Source of the DNA: Sphaerodactylus townsendi
Lineage: Eukaryota
Length of the DNA stretch: 64,000 nucleotides
Direction: 5' to 3'
Assembly (NCBI RefSeq): GCF_021028975.2
Contig: NC_059439.1
Span: 30,380,001-30,444,000 of the forward strand
Below, one piece after another: positions 11,010 to 49,200 of the stretch. A program made the translations under genes and the position numbers. The notes under the pieces are model-generated. The model did not search any database and had not been told where the DNA came from. It saw nothing but the letters and a program-made list of their open reading frames with translations. How positions within the stretch are numbered: position 1 is the stretch's first letter; the number at the start of each line of letters is the position of its first letter.

Positions 11010-13018
11010 ATGGAGGTGTCAGAAGCGCTCAGTGCGGAGTCTTTGCGGGAGCGGCTGTTGCGAGGCCTGGAAGCCGAGCATGTGGTAAGTGCGGGGTTGA
11101 TCTTAGCCGCTGCTCCACCCCTTGTTAACTCTTCCCCTGTTGTTCTTGTGCTGCAAAAGTATTTGTTTTCCTCGGAAAGAAGTCCCAATGGGTTTAATGA
11201 GGCTTCCTACTAGGTAAAGAAGGAGGAGGAGTAGTTTGGATTTATACCTCACCTTCTGTAAGGAGACTCAAGGTGGCTGACAAGCTCCTTTCCCTTCCTC
11301 TCCCCACAACAGACACCTTCTGAGGCATGTGGGGCTGAGAGAGTTCTGAGAGAACTGTGACTAGCCCAAGGTCACCCAGCAGGAATGTAGGAGTGCGGAA
11401 ACACGTCTGGTTCACCAGATAAGCCTCTGCCACTCAGGTGGAGGAATGGGGGATCAAACCCGTTTCTCCAGATTAGAATCCACCTGCTCTTAACCACTAC
11501 ACCACACTGGAGTCGGGTTGTAATTTTGGGTGTGGAATAGGGATGGAGCAGCTTTGTTTTGTGTTTTAGGGCCCTGCCCTTCCTCCAGGGAGCCTTGTCA
11601 GCACCTTTCTTATTTTGTCAGGCATGCTGGATAAAAAGGGCGACGTGGTAACTAAATGCTGTGTGATTCTCATTCAGAAATGTGAGTAAAGAAATGGCAG
11701 GGTGATGCCTGCAAAAATGGTGCAGTGTGAACCTCGGTGGAGGTAGAGTAGCAAGCTGTGGTGTGCCCTTTGGTAGTTATCGAATGCTTTGTTATTTACT
11801 GATTAATATTGAATTGTTTTGTGTTACCTGCCTTCAGTCACAGTCGTCTAAGAGAAAGATGGACCTGTAACTTAAGCACAAGCAAGTCTTCACAACTGCA
11901 TGGTTCGATATAGACCAATATCCTGGCTAACTCTCTTTCAAAACCTTTTCTTTCTTAATTTCCCTCGTTCCACATGTGTCAGTTTCTCCCAAATGAACTG
12001 CAGTCTGCGTACTCTGCTTTAGCTCACCGAGTTAGTTCATGATGTGCCAGTATCCCAAATTAAAATGCATTTGCAGTGAAGTGGGTGACACATCTGTTTC
12101 AAAATTCCATTTTCCAAATGGCATCTTTCTTTTTTCCCCTTGCCCCCAAAGGAAGTAGAAGATACAACTCCTGGACGCTGTGCAACAAGCTTCAAAGTCT
12201 TGGTAGTTTCCCCACGATTCCGGGGGAAACCACTGCTCCAGAGGCACAGGTAAGTTGAACTTAGTAAAAATATCATTGCTTGAGAGAAAACCATGAACCA
12301 TTCTTGATGGCTAAAATTGTGTTGCAGAGCCTTAGCATTCACAATCTGGACAATTAAAGGCTTATAAGAATTCAACTTCAGGAACTACAAGGCTGTAAAT
12401 CCCATTTTTGTTCTCTATTCATTTATTTCTTCCTTTTAGTCCTATTTTCTACCTAAGAGCCCTGTTAGATTAAGGCCAGCATGCTGTTGCTATACTCAGA
12501 GAGCCAGTGTGGCGTAGTGGTTAAGAGCAGGTGCACTCTAATCTGGAGAGCTGGGTTGGATTCCCCGCTCTGCCACTTGAGCTGTGGAGGCTTATCTGGG
12601 GAACCTGATTAGCTTGTGCACTCTGACACATGCCAGCTGGGTGACCTTGGGCTAGCCAGTTCTTCGGAGCTCTCTCGGCCCCACCCACCTCACAGGGTGT
12701 TTGTTGTGGGGAGAGAAAGGGAAAGGAGATTGTAAGCCCCTTTGAGTCTCCTTACAGGAGAGAAAAGGGGAGGGGATATAAATCCAAACTCTTCTTCTTC
12801 TCACCGAAAGAAAAAAACAATGTTGTGACTTCATGTGCCACATGCTGGACCGCCTTTGTTTCAGAACGCTCCATTTGAGAGTCCCAATTTCCACCCTTTC
12901 GCTTTCTGTTCTCAGGCTGGTCAACGAAGTCTTAGCAGAGGAGCTGAAGCACATCCATGCCTTCGAACAGCGAACTCTGACGCCGGAACAGTGGGCCAAA
13001 GAGCAGGAAGCCAAGTGA
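11010..13018 (+). CDS. BOLA2: BolA-like protein 2; exons 11010..11084, 12152..12249, 12916..13018 (91 aa)
   Basis: Splices to MEVSEALSAESLRERLLRGLEAEHVEVEDTTPGRCATSFKVLVVSPRFRGKPLLQRHRLVNEVLAEELKHIHAFEQRTLTPEQWAKEQEAK. GT-AG introns; AATAAA at 13173 and 13192; syntenic with SLX1 and CORO1A. Confidence 0.96.
11220..11510 (-). mobile_element. Squam3-like SINE in BOLA2 intron 1
   Basis: Full-length reverse-complement copy. Confidence 0.85.
12499..12800 (+). mobile_element. Squam3-like SINE in BOLA2 intron 2
   Basis: GAGAGCCAGTGTGGCGTAGTGGTTAAGAGC head, (TTC)n tail. Confidence 0.85.
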
Positions 13019-15055
13019 GAGCTGCGACCTCCATGGTCAGGAAAACCAGAATAGCTCCTCGAGAGGAGGGAGAGACAGCAGTGGGATGAATGTATGAGGG
13101 AGATGTGGGACCCGTCCAGCACACTAGCCTGCCCCTCGACCCCGAGCAGCGGGGAGTGGTAGGAGGACTTGAAATAAAGCATGCAGTGGCAAATAAAAAT
13201 GGTTCCCTGAGTATATGGGGTGTGTGTCTTAGCTGGTTGGTTAAGTTTTCTTTTTTTACCTATAATTTAAAACTCCGTGATTATTTTTTTTAGTGAAAAG
13301 ATATGGGAACAGACGTAGTTGAAGATTATGAAAATGTGTATGTATGTGAGATCGAGCCTGATTGTATGCTTTAAAACCTTTTAGGAAGATGAAGGTCGAG
13401 CTGTCCCATTGCCTCCTGCTCTGGGCCCAAGGAAACACTGCTTGCAGTTTTCCGGGCTGTGTGGCTGTAGTCTGGTGGATCTTGTTCCTGCATCTGTGGC
13501 TGGGAATTTCCGATTCTCACTGGACACAGTGTGTAACAGACTTCCCTCTGTGATACACCTCTGAAAATGTCAGCCACAGATGCAGGCGAAACATTAGAAA
13601 CAAGATCCACCAGACCACAGCCGGAAAACCCACCACAACCAGTTAAATCCGGCCGTTAAAGCCTTTGACAATACACTGCTTGCAGTTATGTGCAGGCTTT
13701 ATTCAAGCTCCCCAAAGAGGCAGATTAGCAGTCTGAAAAAGAAAGGCCTTTTGGTACATAGCAAAGTCTAGCTATTAAGAAACTGATAAACAGAATGGGC
13801 TGTTTACAGCACTAAAAGGAGTTCAATTTTCCCCCCTTTCAATCCCAGGACTTTGTTGGAAATTTGGGTGGAGCGCTGCCTTTACGACTCTCCAAGAAGT
13901 AGCAGTCCGATATGGCTCTGTGTGTCACACAGGAAAATAGTGCAATGATAGATTTACATTTACTGCCCTCTGGTGGTGCTCAAGAGCCAAATCTCCCTGA
14001 TTGAGTTTTAGGTTTTAAAAAATGGTGGTGGTATTATAACATCCGTCCTGCCTCCAAGACCTCCCCACGAGGCTGCAAACGTAGAAACCCAACTGTCCCC
14101 TAGGATAAGAGTCAAACCTGGGGCAGTCACGCAAAGGAATCGTAGTCAATTAATGTTTTAATCTATTTAATCAATCTGCATAAATATGCAAATTATTTTT
14201 AAAAAACCATAGCTCTACAAGGAAAAAGTCGGCCCTTTGTTTTGCTTTGAGATGACGCGCGTATTTTGCTGCAGCAGGCATCAAGGAAGAAACATTCGTC
14301 CTCTCGCACGGCGGGGGGGAGGGCGCGGCTCTCAATTAAAAGGGCTTTACCATCTGCAGGGCTTTTTCAATGGAAGTACTTGTTCGTTTTTTAAAAGGGT
14401 TTGTACATATACATACTTAGGGGTACAGTTTTAGTTGATCGGTGTATTTCTAATCAACTGGGCCGTCGGCTTAATTGTCAGGGCCCTGCCCTCCGAAGTC
14501 AAAGTGAAGGAGTTGATCTCCTAATACTTCCTGAAGACATTCTGGAGAAGGGAGTCCTCGGCTGAGGAAAGGGTGAAGGGAAGGGTGAGAAAGCAGGTAC
14601 CCTTCCTGCTCTCTAAGAGACAACAGCCTCAGGAAGAGGAGGGCTTCGGAATTTGTCCTCAATTTCCCAGAAGCCTAGTGCCTCCAAGGTATTATACAGC
14701 ATTTGTCTAACTCACAGGTGTCAAAACTCGTGGCCCTCCAGATGTTATGGATTACAGTTCCCATCATCCCCTGCCAGCACCATGCTGGCAGGGGTTGATG
14801 GGAACTGTAGTCCACGAGTTTGACACGCCTGGAGCTTGTCAGACTAGCAAACTGCAATGGGAAATGGCCCTGACAGATGCCCCACCCCCCCGCGAAGCTG
14901 GTTCCTGCCCTGAGTTTTGGAGTGGGTGGAGCTTAATAATGCCCTGAGGATCCACCCACAAAAGACGGGAGGGTTTTTGAAAGACCGCTGGAATCAAGTC
15001 TGGTGGGACAGAAGGGGAAGCAGATCGGTTGGTCCGGTGGGGAGCACAGCAGTTT

Positions 15056-28284
<13,229 letters not shown>

Positions 28285-30606
28285 TTAGTAGGGAGGTCGG
28301 TCCCAAATTGAAAACCGAAAGCTCGCCCTCCTCAGAGCTGCTGATGGGCCTGAAATTTCAGTCAGCCCTCCCGTGCCCCAGACAATATGGGAATACTGTT
28401 CGTCCCCTCCCCAGACTCCTGTCCAGTTTCTTTGGGACATAATCACAGCTTCAGGGAGCTGCAGACACCAAGGATCTTGACATGAGAGATTTCTCTACGA
28501 ATTAATCCACATTCGCACCCGCTCTCACTTTCAGGTTAATCCAACACCATCTGTTTTATAGTAAGTGGCAGAGAGTTCCGCAAGCACAGTATAAGCAAAC
28601 TGCTGAAGGCTTCCCAGCTGGATTTAACTGGCTGTTGTGGGTTTTCCAGGCTGGGCGGGTGTGGTCTGGTAGTTTTTGCTCCTAACATTTCACCCGCATC
28701 TGTGGCTGGCATGCATGTCACGGTAAGATGTGTTTCTCTCCACGGTACAGTAAGAAAAACCCGTCTTACCATGACATGCTTCTGAAGATGCCAGCGGGAA
28801 AAACATCAGGAGTGAAAACTACCAGACCACGGCCATACCGCCTGAAAAACCCACAACACTCAGCTTACCCTAAGTGCCTGCATGTTTTGATGAACACTAC
28901 AGTCCAATCCTAAATCTGTTTACTCAGAAGTAAATCCCACAGGAGTCAATGAGACTTTACTTTCCAGTAAATGTGTGTAGAGGGCTGCAGGCTCTCGCCG
29001 TTTGGATAGCTCAGGAAAAACAGCCAAGCCACACATTATACCAAATTTTAAGTACTCAACACATTTCTGTCCTTCCGTTCCTCCCAAGGAGCATGGGGCA
29101 GGAATGAACAAAGGACGATCCCGTTCGATCCTTGCAAAACCCTGCGAGGTAGATGAAGTTGGCGGAAAACCACTAGGTTCCAAGTATAGCCAATGGGTGA
29201 AATCAAAGCCTCAGTCAAGCCGTGCCAAATCAGCCTGCCTCACCCGTCCGCTTCCCAGCCTTTACAATGGAAATTATAACATGACCAGCCTCACGGGATG
29301 AAGATCGGGACCAGGTTTGCATGTTAGAAAGTGCCACAGGCATAATAAAAATAATTCATGGTGGAAACCCCCTCCCCTCTTTGATGTGCAAGCAGGGAGT
29401 CCCCCCCACATATATATACATACTTTGCACTGCTTCCCCACCATCCCAAACCATCTCCCCCCAAGATCTCACCTGCAGCCTGTGCATTGGACGTGCCACA
29501 CAATGAATTGAGGATGAAGCAAGCGGCTCAGAGCTTTTTAACAGGGCCATCGCCCTGGAACTGTCAGAGCTGGGAGGGTTGGTCTCTTAAAGGGCCAGCG
29601 CGCAGCAAGTGGCATCTCGTTCCATCTTCCAGCCTTCACTCCACCCCTGCCTCTGTTTCTTTAATTTTCTCCCCATAATTTTTTCCCACCGTTACCGTTA
29701 CATATAGTTATAGTTGCCTTCTTGCGCCACCCAGTATTTGGCAGAGAAGCAAGCTTCTGAGCGGCAGGAGTCAATGCTCCTGACCGAAGGAGAGTTCTGC
29801 ATAGCTCAGGATTTTTCTGCCCAGCCGATAGAACAAGAAACAGTTTGAGATTACCTGGCTGAGCCAAAAAAAAACATCCGCAGGGCTGCAGGTTTCCAGG
29901 ATGCACAGAGCTCTTCTGCCTGAAGATTTCTGCGGAGAATTTCCACCCTGCCATCAGCATCGGTTACCAAAAAAAAAAACCCCCAATATAATCTGAAGCA
30001 CTTTAGAGATTGTTTTACGTTTCTTTAAAAAGTGTACACTTCTCAACTTTTCTGTCCTCTCCTCATCCATTCACCTCCGCGAAGCCTGTTTGCTTTGATT
30101 TCATCAGAGCTCACAAAAACAACCCAGATCTTAACCTGGGAACGGCCCAACGTCCACTGAAGTCATCACTCTACTGTCTAGTCCTTCAGGCTGTGAAGAT
30201 TCTTAGCATGAGTTTACTGTCTGCTATCTGTGAATGGGTCCATCACATGGTTTTGTCTCCAAGTAGTAAGGGATGGATTAGCATCTGAGCTCTGACAAAG
30301 GAAGTGCTAAAGGTGATTTTAATGGCTGTGGCTGCTTCCTCCGCCCACCCCCACCCAGCTCCAGCCGATGCACCTGGCAAAACTGGGGATTGCAACTGGG
30401 GTGGGCAAAGAGAAAGGGGTTTCTAGCCGCAGACAGCTGAAGTGGAGAGAGCAGGCATAAAAACAGCCTTGAGGGGGTGCCAAAGTTGCTGCCTGGGGGA
30501 ACATCTGCCTCGTGGCCTTGCAGTTTGACATGCACACTGTCAGCAAGAAAGCAGCTGAGTTTTAAGTAGCATGGGTGAATTTGGCCTTCCAACTGTAAGA
30601 TCCTCA

Positions 30607-31193
30607 GGTGGCGTAGTGGTTAAGAGCTGGTGGATTCTAATCTGGGTTTGATTCCCCGCTCCTCCACCTGAGTGGCAGAGGCTTTTATCTGGTGAACCAG
30701 ATGTGTTTCCGCACTCTGACATTCCTGCTGGGTGACCTTGGACAAGTCACAGTTCTTCAGAGCTCTCTCAGCCCCACCTAGAAGAAGAAGAGTTTGGATT
30801 TATATCCCCCCTTTCTCCCCTGCAGGAGACTCAAAGGGGCTTACAATCTCCTAGCCCTTCCCCCCTCACAACAATCACCCTGTGAGGTGAGCGGGGCTGA
30901 GAGAGCTCCGAAAAGCTGTGACTAGCCCAAGGTCACCCAGCTGGCATGTGTGGGAGTGCACAGGCTAATCTGAATTCACCAGATAAGCCTCCACAGCTCA
31001 GGCGGAAGAGCTGGGAATCAAACCCGGTTCCTCCAGATTAGATACACAAGCTCTTAACCTCCTACGCCACTGCTGCTCCTACCTACCTCACAAGGTGTCT
31101 GTTGTGGGGAGAGGAAAGGAAAGCAGCTTGTAAGCCACCTTGAGTCTCATTACAGGACAGAAAGGTGGGGTATAAATCCAAACTCTTCTTCTT
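30607..31193 (+). mobile_element. Squam3-like SINE interrupted by an antisense Squam3-like SINE (30780..31080)
   Basis: Outer element breaks at CCCCACCTA and resumes at ACCTACCTCACAAGG. Confidence 0.85.
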
Positions 31194-31554
31194 TTAAAGA
31201 AACTTCTGTAACAAATGCTCTGTAATACACCAGGCTCACACGCTACCACTACTAATCTGGCTGAAAGGGTGGGGTTAGCACCTGGACTGGAGGCTTAGAA
31301 CTTAGAAGGCAGGAGAATTTCTGGATAACAGTTTCAGTGGGTTGCAATAATCAATTTATGATCCCGCCTCCATCCTCAACAAGGTGACTTTGTGATGCGA
31401 ATGACTGAAAAGTGCCGTATAAATTAGGCAATACCTAAACACAACTTTCAATTAACAAAATAAATGTGTTTATTAATTTGTAAAAATATATAGGCTGCCA
31501 AAAACCTCCTCAAGGCAATTCATAAAAGGGGGGGGGGGGAAATCGTATCAGCCA

Positions 31555-32276
31555 CCACCACCAGACCAGAGGGTAGCAGTCAGAGCAAGATCCTCTGTGT
31601 GCTATTCAGTGGTGTGTGGAGTCCCACAAGGGGCGAGTCTGCCTCTGGTGCACCCTCTTGCCAGGCTGATCCAGAGTTTTGGGCTTAGGTGCCATCAGTA
31701 TGCTGATGACATCCAGCTTTTTCAGTTGATGGGTGGTCACCTGGACTCTGCCTCAGAAAAAAACCACAACAACCAGTCTGCCCCAGATGTTTTCCCCAGT
31801 TGTTTGAGTGCTGTGGTGAAATGGTTAAAGCAGAATCGACTGAAATTGAATCCATCACCACTGAATAACAATCTGCTGGTCATCTGTGGCCCGAGAGAGG
31901 TCCAGCTAGCCTCAACAAGGGACTGGGCTTTTTCGTTTCTGGCCCTCACCTGGTGGAACGCTCTGCCCAGTGAGACCCAGGTCCTGTAAGGCACAGCTGT
32001 TCCACCAGGTATACTGTTGAGGCAGCTACAGCTGTTTCCTTGTGGCCTCCCCCATTCCACTTTCTTTTATTTCTTCTATTTTTTTCTATCCTTCCCGTTT
32101 GATTTTCTTCCTGATTGTTGTACTTGTGCCACCAGTTTCGATTAGACTTTAAAGTTTAAATTTTATTTACTGTTTTTCCTGTCCTGTGTTTTGTTATGAA
32201 AGACTGGAAGGCACCTTGAGCCTGCAAGGCAAAGGGCAATATATAAGTCAGATGAAGAAAAATAAAAATAAATAAC
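31555..32276 (+). mobile_element. Degraded, internally deleted L2-clade LINE (RT fragment and 3' end)
   Basis: CGVPQG...HQYADDIQL...WLKQNRLKLNPS joined to AFS...TWWNALP; AT-rich tail AAATAAAATAAATAA. Confidence 0.8.
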
Positions 32277-32559
32277 AGGGACCACCGATGCTTAATTGAA
32301 CGGCCTGGGCTCCCAAGTCCTATGACCAATGCTTGGCAAAGCTGCAAAGAAAAGCTGAAAGAAAAGCAAGGGCGCAGGTGGTTTCTGCAAATGGAACTAT
32401 GCCATGTTTCTTGGGACCAAGCCTCACTAAATAAAATGGGATCCTGGAGCCTGGCATGGACGCTTCCTTTTAGCAAGGCCACCACACCCGGATCCGCCTT
32501 GTAGGAAATGAGGCCAGCCTCCCCTGGGCTGTCAGGCACAAAATTACAGGCGCCTTCCC

Positions 32560-33130
32560 TCTCTTCGCGCTGGACAGCTCCGCATTACCGGCGGCACTAG
32601 CACATCTGCCCTGAACGGAACCGCTGCTACTAGCCCAGCCTCCCTCCACGGGCGGAGCGCGCCGGCCTTATCCATCTGTTCCTTCTGCAAACCGCCGCGA
32701 CTGGGATTCGAACACGCGACACGAAGACAAGGGCGTCTTTAGGGGCGGGCCTGAGGAGAAGGAGATGAAACGACTGGCTCAGAGAAGTTGATTGGAGGCG
32801 CGCTGAGCCAAGAGGCGGGGCCTAGCGCCGTAGAAGCGCTCGAGGGGGCAGGGCGTAGCTGGAGTGGAATGTTTTGGGCGCGGCGCTTCCGGGTTGAGTT
32901 TGTGACGTCCGACTCCAATCCAGACCCGCTGCAGCCTGCCAGGCGCTAGCGGGCGAACTGAGCGCGTGCGCCCTAGACGGCTTTCCAAGCCGCAGCTAGC
33001 GCGAAGCGCATGGGCAGTGGCAGCCCCTCGTTTTCCCCAAGTGGGCGCATGCGCAGTGTTCTCGGGCGGTGTCGGTTCCGGGTAAAGCCGTGATAGGAGC
33101 GGTTGCAGGAGACTGTTGATTGCATCGGCC
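32560..33130 (+). promoter_or_regulatory. CpG-island promoter of MAPK3
   Basis: CpG-dense; GC box GGGGCGGGC 32742-32750, CCAAT boxes (ATTGG 32791, CCAAT 32915), CTTCCGG (ETS) ~32886, TGACGT ~32903, NRF1-type GCGCATGCGC 33045-33054. Confidence 0.75.
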
Positions 33131-44440
<11,310 letters not shown>

Positions 44441-44795
44441 GTGGCTATTTGGACCATTGGTGAGTGTAGCCGATGGGCTGCAGGTGGTGCTGGTCTAGGG
44501 CTGGATTTACTGCAGCATCTCCGCTTAGGCCGCTGCAGCACATAGTACCTTGACTAAAACTTTGTTCACGCGGTTTAAGGCCAATTGTTTTGTGGTAGCT
44601 TTCTGCAATCAAAAGCTTGGCCAGCACAACCAACTTTCCCCTCAAGTCATTAAAGGCTCTGCCTCCTCCCAAGGTGCCGCTGCGCCCCCGCCCCAACTGG
44701 TCGGTCACTGGCCTGGTGGCTTCCCACATAGTGGAGCCAGACTGTGTAGTCAGCCAGTTTTGTAAGTTCCGTAACCGATATGAAACTCTTGCTAC

Positions 44796-45361
44796 GCCAG
44801 CGTGGTGTAGTGGTTAAGAGCAGGTGGATTCTAATCTGGAAAACCGGGTTTGATTCCCCACTCCTCCCCCTGAGTGGCATACGCTTGTCTGTTTCCGCAC
44901 TCCCACATTCCTGCTGGGTGATTTTGGGCCAGTCACAGTTCTCTCAGGACTCTCTCAGCCCCACCTACCTCACCAGGTGTCTGTTGTGGGGAGAGAAAGG
45001 GAAAGGGGTGTGTAAGCCACCTTGAGTCTCCTAACAGGAGAGAAAGGTGGGGTATAAATCCAAACTCTTCTTCTTCTAAGTGTGGACAGCACGCGACGAA
45101 AGTTTGAGAGATGTGTTTGACCTGAATAGTTCATATGAACGTTCCATAAAGGAGTAGTGTTGTGTGAAGGTATTCACTGCAGCTTCCATCCAACATTTGG
45201 GCTGTTTGCTGTGGATGGCTAGACGGGCAAAAGGAACACATATTTTACCCAGACTTTGATCCCTGGGTGTAACGATTGTGTGCGTGCATAAAGGCGATTG
45301 GCTTTTGTTTTCCACATAGTGGCCAGAGGCTCCTTTCCTTGGAATTCACAGTAAGTTGCGA
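44796..45361 (+). mobile_element. Squam3-like SINE + ~285 bp unknown segment (composite, copy 2)
   Basis: Same junction CTTCTTCTAAGTGTGGACAGCAC as copy 1; followed by a CR1 fragment. Confidence 0.8.
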
Positions 45362-45376
45362 ACGAGTGCTTAGATA

Positions 45377-45768
45377 CTAGAACCAGGGGGCATTCATTGA
45401 AAATGCTGGGGGGAAGAATTAGGACTAATAAAAGGAAACACTTCTTCACGCAACGTGTGATTGGTGTTTGGAATATGCTGCCACAGGAGGTGGTGATGGC
45501 CACTAACCTGGATAGCTTTAAAAGAGGGACTTGGACAGCAGATTTATGGAGGAGAAGTCGATCTATGGCTACCAATCTTGATCCTCCTTGATCTCAGATT
45601 GCAAATGCCTTAGCAGACCAGGTGCTCGGGAGCAGCAGCAGCAGAAGGCCATTGCTTTCACATCCTGCACGTGAGCTCCCAAAGGCACCTGGTGGGCCAC
45701 TGCAAGTAGCAGAATGCTGGACTAGATGGACTCTGGTCTGATCCAGCAGGCTAGTTCTTATGTTCTTA
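45377..45768 (+). mobile_element. CR1 LINE 3' fragment (same family as the array)
   Basis: ORF2 C-terminus (RTNKRKHFFTQRVIGVWNMLPQEVVMATNLDSFKR), 3' UTR and TTCTTATGTTCTTA tail. Confidence 0.9.
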
Positions 45769-45862
45769 GATGCTGCTGTTTTTATGTGAACTACAGTTCT
45801 ATAGCTCGACAGCTCCTGAGCTCTTTGTTGTGGTCCTCAAGGGGGGGTCTCTTTCCTTGCAG

Positions 45863-46201
45863 GTCTCTACTTCACCAGGAGATGATTTGGGACTGTACCC
45901 AGCTCCCCTACTGGATTATGGAGGGGAGCACAGGATTCGGAGGGGTACTGATTTGGGGGTGCCCCTGTCGACTTGCTGTACAACTGCGCTTTGCTACGTG
46001 GCTGTGAACCCCAGTAACCCATCTCTGGACCCCTTAATGTGATGTATTGGGGTGAGACCCTGGCGCCCAAGTTGGGGGAGAGGAGGGGGTTCCCCCCCTC
46101 CCTTTCAGGAAGGAAAGGAAATGTCCCCCTCCCCTTTCAATGAAACAGAAGAGGGGAACGTCATCTCCTATTTTTGGCATCTTATTGTCTTTGTTAATAA
46201 A
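45863..46201 (+). other. Probable non-coding last exon / 3' UTR of MAPK3
   Basis: Donor TTG|GTGAGT at 44459/44460 (19 nt after the stop), acceptor CTTTCCTTGCAG ending 45862, AATAAA 46196-46201 (a second AATAAA near 47527). Mammalian MAPK3 also has a 3' UTR intron. Confidence 0.5.
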
Positions 46202-49200
46202 CTAAATGCTGATTTTTAGCAGGGCCATTTTTCTGATCCCTTGGGCATTATTCGCAAAGGGAGGTGAACGTGAAATCGTGGCTCCTGGATGCGCTGCCCC
46301 TATAATCCACTGAACCCCAGTACTTTTCCAAAATTGGGAGCAGAATCCAGGAGTTTTGGCCCCCAGTAACACTCCACCTGAACCCAGGAATCCTGGTTTC
46401 TTCCTGCTCAGAGGGAGGGCATGCCTGTTTGTTTCGTTTTGGGGGTTTTTTTGTCTGCCGATCAGTGCCAATTTGGAACACTTGTAATGCACAGCTAATC
46501 TTAGCTATCGCTACAGATAGCATCTGATAAGCTGCATGGGAAAGATGTTAGCCGCACTGAAAAAAAATGTGCCCAGTGTTGGAGAGGCACAAATTCTCCC
46601 CCTTCCTCCCTTCGGCTCACTCTACCGTTTTGAGACGCTGTGCAGATGAAAAAGGAAGGCTTTCAATTTTGTCTGCTTCCTGTCGCGGGAGGCAGAGCCC
46701 GGCTTGCGGTTGTTCGCCACTTCTCCTCCCCTCCCCCAACTTTGCATCATCCGATGTGGACTGTTGCAGACTCGTAAGAAACCAACCGGCCTCTCAACAA
46801 CAGCACAGCACTTTTGCCATCTCGCTGCTACCATCCTAACAACGGCTGCCCTTTTTATTTCCCCCTCGATTTGTACTTTAAAAACAACGGCGTTTTAAGT
46901 TTTTTGGTTTTTTTAAAAAAATCCCAGTCTTGGGTTGCGTCAAGTCCGAAAGGGACGGGATCCATTAGTGTGACTTTAAGGGAGGGAGAGGCTGGGAAGA
47001 TGACGGACGGTCACATCTGTGCGTCCTGAGGGAACAGCCCAGTTGCCCCGGGACGACTCGACTGTGTGGGTGGAGGAGGCGTTTCAGATCCGTGAGCGCT
47101 CGAAGGAGCCGGTGGCGAGACTGAAGCCCCCAGTGGGAAGGAAGCCGCTCGGTCCACACGTGATTCCCCTCCCCGCCGCTCCGATGGACTAACTTGTTGG
47201 CGATGTCCTTCCATTTCCAAGTGCCCCTATTTTGGGGCGCTCTTTTGGATGAGTGAGACCGGTGGAATCTCTGGGTTCTCGAAAGAAGGAAGTTCTTGAC
47301 AGCAGGAAAACTGGGACGTGGGATGTTCTGGTGTTCTTAATCCGGTTAAGGGAGGCGGAGGTTTCTCCGAGGTAGCGCTGCGTGTTCGTCTAGAACCCAG
47401 CCGTGACGACACGCGACGGGGCTTCTCGACTAGGGGGGCTGGTGAAATATTTTTGAGGGAGCTTGGATTGAAAGGGAATTAATGCCTCCCCACCCCCTTC
47501 TGCTTCAAAGTGTATAAAGACCCTGAAATAAATCATTCCTTTATTCCTTCGGTGTCTGATTTTTATGTTTTGGGAAGGAGATGGGGAAGACGTGGCCAGA
47601 CAGGGGTAAGTGCCGATTAACAAAAAATGATAAACCTTCCGTCATCTGCTCCTGTTAACGCTCCAGAGTGAAATTTAGCTCCAACATGAAGACATTTCTT
47701 GTTCTCGGCTTCAAAAGTGGTTTGTCAGGGTAAATGAGAAACCAAAAAAAATGTACAACTGAGATTCTGGGAACGCTTGCAAATTCATTGCTGCACCAGC
47801 TTAGTAAACAAGGGTTTGGTGCCGATTTAAAGTTTGCAAAGCGGTAAGAGAGAGATTGTCGGTCACGAGACAGGGAAGTTAACCTGGAGGATTTGTACAA
47901 AAGCACCGGATTATCTGACTCGTCGTATGTGGGCAGATGGCAGCCTTCTCCTAACTGCTTCCGCTCTTGGCGGACTAGGAAACCGCCACAAACAAAACAG
48001 AAACTTCCAGAAGTATGGAAAGCTCCCCTGGCATTCTGCATTTCACAATCGGTGCTAATGTTATGGTTTCAAGCGCAACAGACTTTGCACGGATCTTTCG
48101 CTCCAAACGCTGCCCTAGAATTCACTGCTATTACATTCTAGAATGGATTACTGTATGTATGGGAATACAGTCAGTTGCAAAGAAGCTACAATTATATTCG
48201 AAAAGCTATAATCAGATTATAAATATTCACTACTACATAGTTTGATTAATGGTTTTGGAATATATTGTTGGATGCTTTCGTGTCTGGAATCGGCTGCTGT
48301 TGTGGGTTTTCTGGGCTGTGTAGGCACGGTTGGGTAGATTTTTGCCTACATCTATGGCTGGCATCTTCAGAAACATGTCTCAGTAAGATGTGTTTCTCTC
48401 AAAAGAACATAACTAAGAGAAACACGTCTTACCATGCCATGCCTTTGAAGTTGCCAGCCATAGCTGTAGGCGAAACACATGGAGCAAAAGCTGGCAGACC
48501 ACGCAGCCGGGAAAACCCACAACAGCCAGTTTTGGGAATGTATTTGTAGCTGCTGCTGCTTCTTTTTTTTTTGTAGTTCATGCCTATATTCCTATATATA
48601 TGTTGTGGGGTGGGGTGTGTGTCTTTCTTTCAACCTTTGATATTGCGTTGTGTGCTCTGGGTTGAAATTTTCTGACTGGTAGAGCTCCAGCCAACAAGGA
48701 AATAAGAGAAACAAAGAACTGCCAGCTTATCTTGTTTGTGGCATATCTGAGAGAAATCGGTACTCCTTCCCTTTAGCCCTGGGGTTTCCACTCATGGGGG
48801 AAAGAGGTAGCTCCCCCCCCCCCTCTCATCTCTGTCGCAAACGCCAGGAGATTGTCCTTGCACAAGCTAACCTTCCGGATCTGGCAGCTCCACATCCTCA
48901 TTCCCTCCCTGGCACGAAGCACACTGGCTACTCTTTGCTGCTGAGAGTGATTGGTCTACCTCAGAGGTGTCCATGGGGCTGATGGGAATTGTAGTCCAGG
49001 AACATCTGAAGCGCCAGAGTAGCCCCCCGGTCTATCTATTTCACAGGGCTGTCGTGGTGAAAATAGTTTGGACAAAAATAAGTAGAGAACTAAGAAAAAG
49101 ATGGAGGCTCTGCCTGCTTCTAGTCAACTTCTTCAAAATGCTCGCACAGAGTTAAGAGGTGGAATATCCCACAGTGGTTCTACGCTGCCTTCTCTCTTCA

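Noticed and set aside
29400-30560. CORO1A promoter / non-coding first exon (ETS-like AAAGGAAGTG near 30298)
   Set aside because: Plausible location, but I could not identify a convincing exon or donor from sequence alone.
31597-31989. Functional reverse transcriptase gene
   Set aside because: Short, internally deleted L2 fragment lacking most RT motifs and the endonuclease.
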